A DNA stretch of 64,000 nt from an uncultured Planctomycetales bacterium (GTDB taxonomy: Bacteria > Omnitrophota > Gorgyraeia > Zapsychrales > Aceulaceae), in assembly GCA_964648665.1 (NCBI GenBank), contig CAZYOA010000007.1, positions 4,943 through 68,942 of the forward strand, read 5' to 3'. The notes under the pieces are model-generated. The model made no database searches, was not told the DNA's origin, and was given only the letters and a program-made list of their open reading frames with translations. This document shows positions 63,901-64,000 of this stretch, piece after piece. Position 1 is the first letter of the stretch. Every line of letters starts with the position of its first letter. The position numbers were made by a program, and so were the translations under genes.

Positions 63901-64000
63901 CGATAAAAGGGGAAAATATTATAGGCAGCACAATCGAAGAACCTTTAGGCGCACGATTTGTTATTCATCTTCCGCTTAAGAGTAGTTCTGTGGTTATTGC
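57996..64000 (+). CDS. giant exported/membrane-anchored multi-repeat protein with C-terminal GHKL (histidine-kinase-like) ATPase; 3' end beyond window
   Basis: In-frame TAA at 57984, ATG at 57996, then 2001 codons with no stop to nt 64000 (checked by reading triplets). It is absent from the supplied track, presumably because it has no stop in the window. The N-terminal hydrophobic leader is followed by ALAQN. C-terminal N-box HVIINLIKNAKES, G1 DTGPGI, G2 GHGIGL. Confidence 0.8.
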   Translation, partial: MNIYIFKNKILLKAISLFVILAFGESVLFPSYIPKALAQNALGMPSAGTLVNLSEPFTPLIVRGLQVFPKDPLRLNFIIDQAESKLENQELKKETEKLISYFLSALTLKEDNLWVNLSPHEKHRIIPDDLARTEMGRDMLAQDYLLKQVTASLIHPEGKTGKEFWGRVYKKAYEQYGTTQIPIDTFNKVWIAPNKVKVYVKADRAFVVESSLKVMLEQDYLALKRSADFQKTRDAFLKSDNALASEIVREILIPELEKEVNEGKNFAQLRQIYNSMILATWFKDRLKQSILSQIYADQGKIKGIDPVDSKVSQKIYNQYLEAFEKGVCDFVKIEKDLGTDKNIPRKYFSGGIECVTPGDIEYKSNLSGRAPRWVASSDLQKVDLSLKPIFDDNIVSKNISSSNILTSTFLGFKASEYSPEERKRISKEIRLKVQEMFGDDFYGWIERNKKEKGSQEKIEEVAISLAGNPDFIKSSRKAESVNSEIIRYAVRNKIFLGTSVRFRDFLAEIKKHLSEDLKSKVLSVSVNFEDYAYFMSALNHPEIIKIVDSEDFRNLDEHYRLTALLIRMKEFGASFSDETRLNNYFRILPDKVTGKISKDYFISHAITVKDVVMIKKDVEDNSQMQDFLRELRYQGVVEDKQLDMVLQKARDLKLEIGNQEINIHRKRFINEILRKFPSEDFQLKKNMIDMFGENVHQWTRRHKTTKKRGDATRDVIKSLIEDKEFQNILLDREKDVLFEMISYFIANDIDLYASGIRDFMEKLYEELPESLIKYLPGKEAKYVKFSDFVYIRASLEHPDIKNFFKSKEYQEEMKPFRLLAFIKKIRQLAPLQSYSLPAIYNALPNILDSKIFKERDIFSNDFSFDFVNLVYSILKIKKISEEFKTLRFRLLNRSQKAHALKNKLLKESFLLRKMEFSGKHDTFFTQAVEYLNVDHSEISDLIVKNFGLKSNVWLQNHKNESAKEDSKEIDKAIDSILRDAEFKKSLNDPEEEISTWFLKTAIKNDISLGTSNLQTALRSLKKKVSKDVAQRIRLPLISCSDYMHLIAGLQHRSVLKYLRSKKFLEAPETHRLTFLFSKVVEVSSVNTVDLHHIFQALPSKISPYLTRDKIFSNPITLKAAQNVIETFEDQAIQNFIKSKKFLLMDSDEKIQEIISMAIRNSLPLSDVDITPAIKNFIYRIINRGNLEKISISDLIDSAFESAGIFEWMKKQKIVNMSKSKLLKKCENAWKDESFIDMFSEDSQHSHALEIIQYFFKKSINLGTPSLSIFLDLLRKSAPEELREKIKDFHITLLDYATVIAFVDDIGTQKEIDSKEFQSIPPYLKIIRLVDMARNNGYAIKTDRLSSIYQALPERLSAKTFKNQLLMIYLSLDEAYEIMKDLRSKEMRKYFSSKRISTRKNINRDVDLLIKKARRQEYMWAKEKVGYGQRAFLKKILLYLGKHGYGAAVGFSKKEILSQDIDDSISLNGKARVSLGSAESGFNAMSFDNIARVVNTVVDETEKWIIKNKAKNNKKEVHEDSQLKVLLAYDQDDFTQKTASYIFSVLNAEGINTNIVLDNDDEDRFLIEQTKEEFLSKYNFGISVRMSRLSPYAWMRFFFNGEPLPEDLKQEIDQRLQRQGSKQKYFHDISLLNAWKHYAIEKNDLEIAASPVLNNKNQNTAKASSIIKSRPWLSNSRFKNPKRVDELKEIRRERFRWEATRKRAEERRSALKKRLGQKAYEEIIDQEYKKIFHEVGNYRAVLCNLLKELLPDLKDWEHFDDINNFVDQSLDEFEFARTCSEQKDATRKAYLKKLSTDLILIQTKMISLDREKRNLENYPILLSGFRQFRELLSVAEEDDFSFSDVHLQMANLNSVIENSYHQKQRETIDISINFSFEIEDIPLDAFRFSHVIINLIKNAKESIGQTDGLISIKTEKDGDFAKITVSDTGPGIDSEMFPKLFKFEATYGKVDGHGIGLNLCKKIVEAHGGTIKGENIIGSTIEEPLGARFVIHLPLKSSSVVI
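59230..62350 (+). repeat. four tandem, divergent ~254-aa protein-level repeats inside the giant ORF
   Basis: Anchor motifs recur at a 759-765 nt period: MFGDDFYGW (59301), MFGENVHQW (60063), NFGLKSNVW (60828), AGIFEW (~61600). Each is followed by ..[ND]I.LGT[SP].., ..[DS][YF]..[IL]...L.H.., ..EF......RL..[LF].. and ..[IY][FY].ALP.. Confidence 0.6.

Noticed and set aside
61445-63931. Three minus-strand track ORFs (61445..61705, 62361..62546, 63659..63931).
   Set aside because: All lie antisense inside the uninterrupted 6-kb + strand ORF. The last one is antisense to unmistakable HATPase N/G1/G2 motifs. They are shadow ORFs in AT-rich sequence.
1-64000. Search by eye for CRISPR arrays, tRNA/rRNA genes, IS elements, integrases, prophage genes, toxin-antitoxin pairs and known defence-system hallmarks.
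   Set aside because: No spaced direct repeats, no cloverleaf-like or rRNA-like segments, and no transposase, integrase or phage motifs were recognised. The only long DNA-level repeat is the YfhO/TPR tandem duplication. Absence cannot be proven without tRNAscan, Infernal or HMM tools.

Overview
AT-rich (about one-third G+C by eye), very densely coding bacterial window. Nearly every gene from 1 to 32.3 kb is on the + strand, often with ATGA or 1-nt stop/start junctions. No rRNA, tRNA, CRISPR array, transposase or integrase was recognised. The taxon is unknown. Rex, an SOR-like protein and YjbQ hint at an anaerobe (inference only).

Content:
(1) 1-25.3 kb is a large surface-glycan or glyco-modification supercluster. 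It holds three radical-SAM enzymes, four methyltransferases (FkbM, class I, TylF-like, sugar C-methyltransferase type), three NAD-dependent sugar epimerase/reductase-type enzymes and an SDR. It also has two separate ThDP enzyme pairs (E1 alpha/beta and split transketolase), GT9 and GT2 transferases, and an ArnT/PMT-like membrane protein. The cluster is bracketed by three paralogous pairs of a YfhO-like GT-C membrane protein plus a membrane-anchored TPR protein. Two of these pairs form a mosaic tandem duplication at the left edge.
(2) 25.3-32.3 kb carries rex (with Rex boxes), serC, serA, a flavoprotein, an exported SOR-like protein coupled to DoxX, a DUF1667-like/kinase fusion and an exported Hsp20.
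(3) 32.4-57.8 kb carries mixed housekeeping genes, an ECF sigma / anti-sigma / Spy-like unit with two near-identical ECF-type promoters, and an ars-like unit (Cys-rich micro-protein, permease, ArsC).
(4) From 57,996 to the window end there is one uninterrupted ORF of at least 2001 codons that is absent from the supplied ORF track. It has an exported N-terminus, four ~254-aa repeats, a decayed phosphohexomutase-like segment and a C-terminal GHKL (histidine-kinase-type) ATPase.

The giant gene and the GT-C/TPR-bracketed sugar cluster are the best candidates for undescribed biology. All functional calls rest on motif recognition by eye, and no database search was possible.
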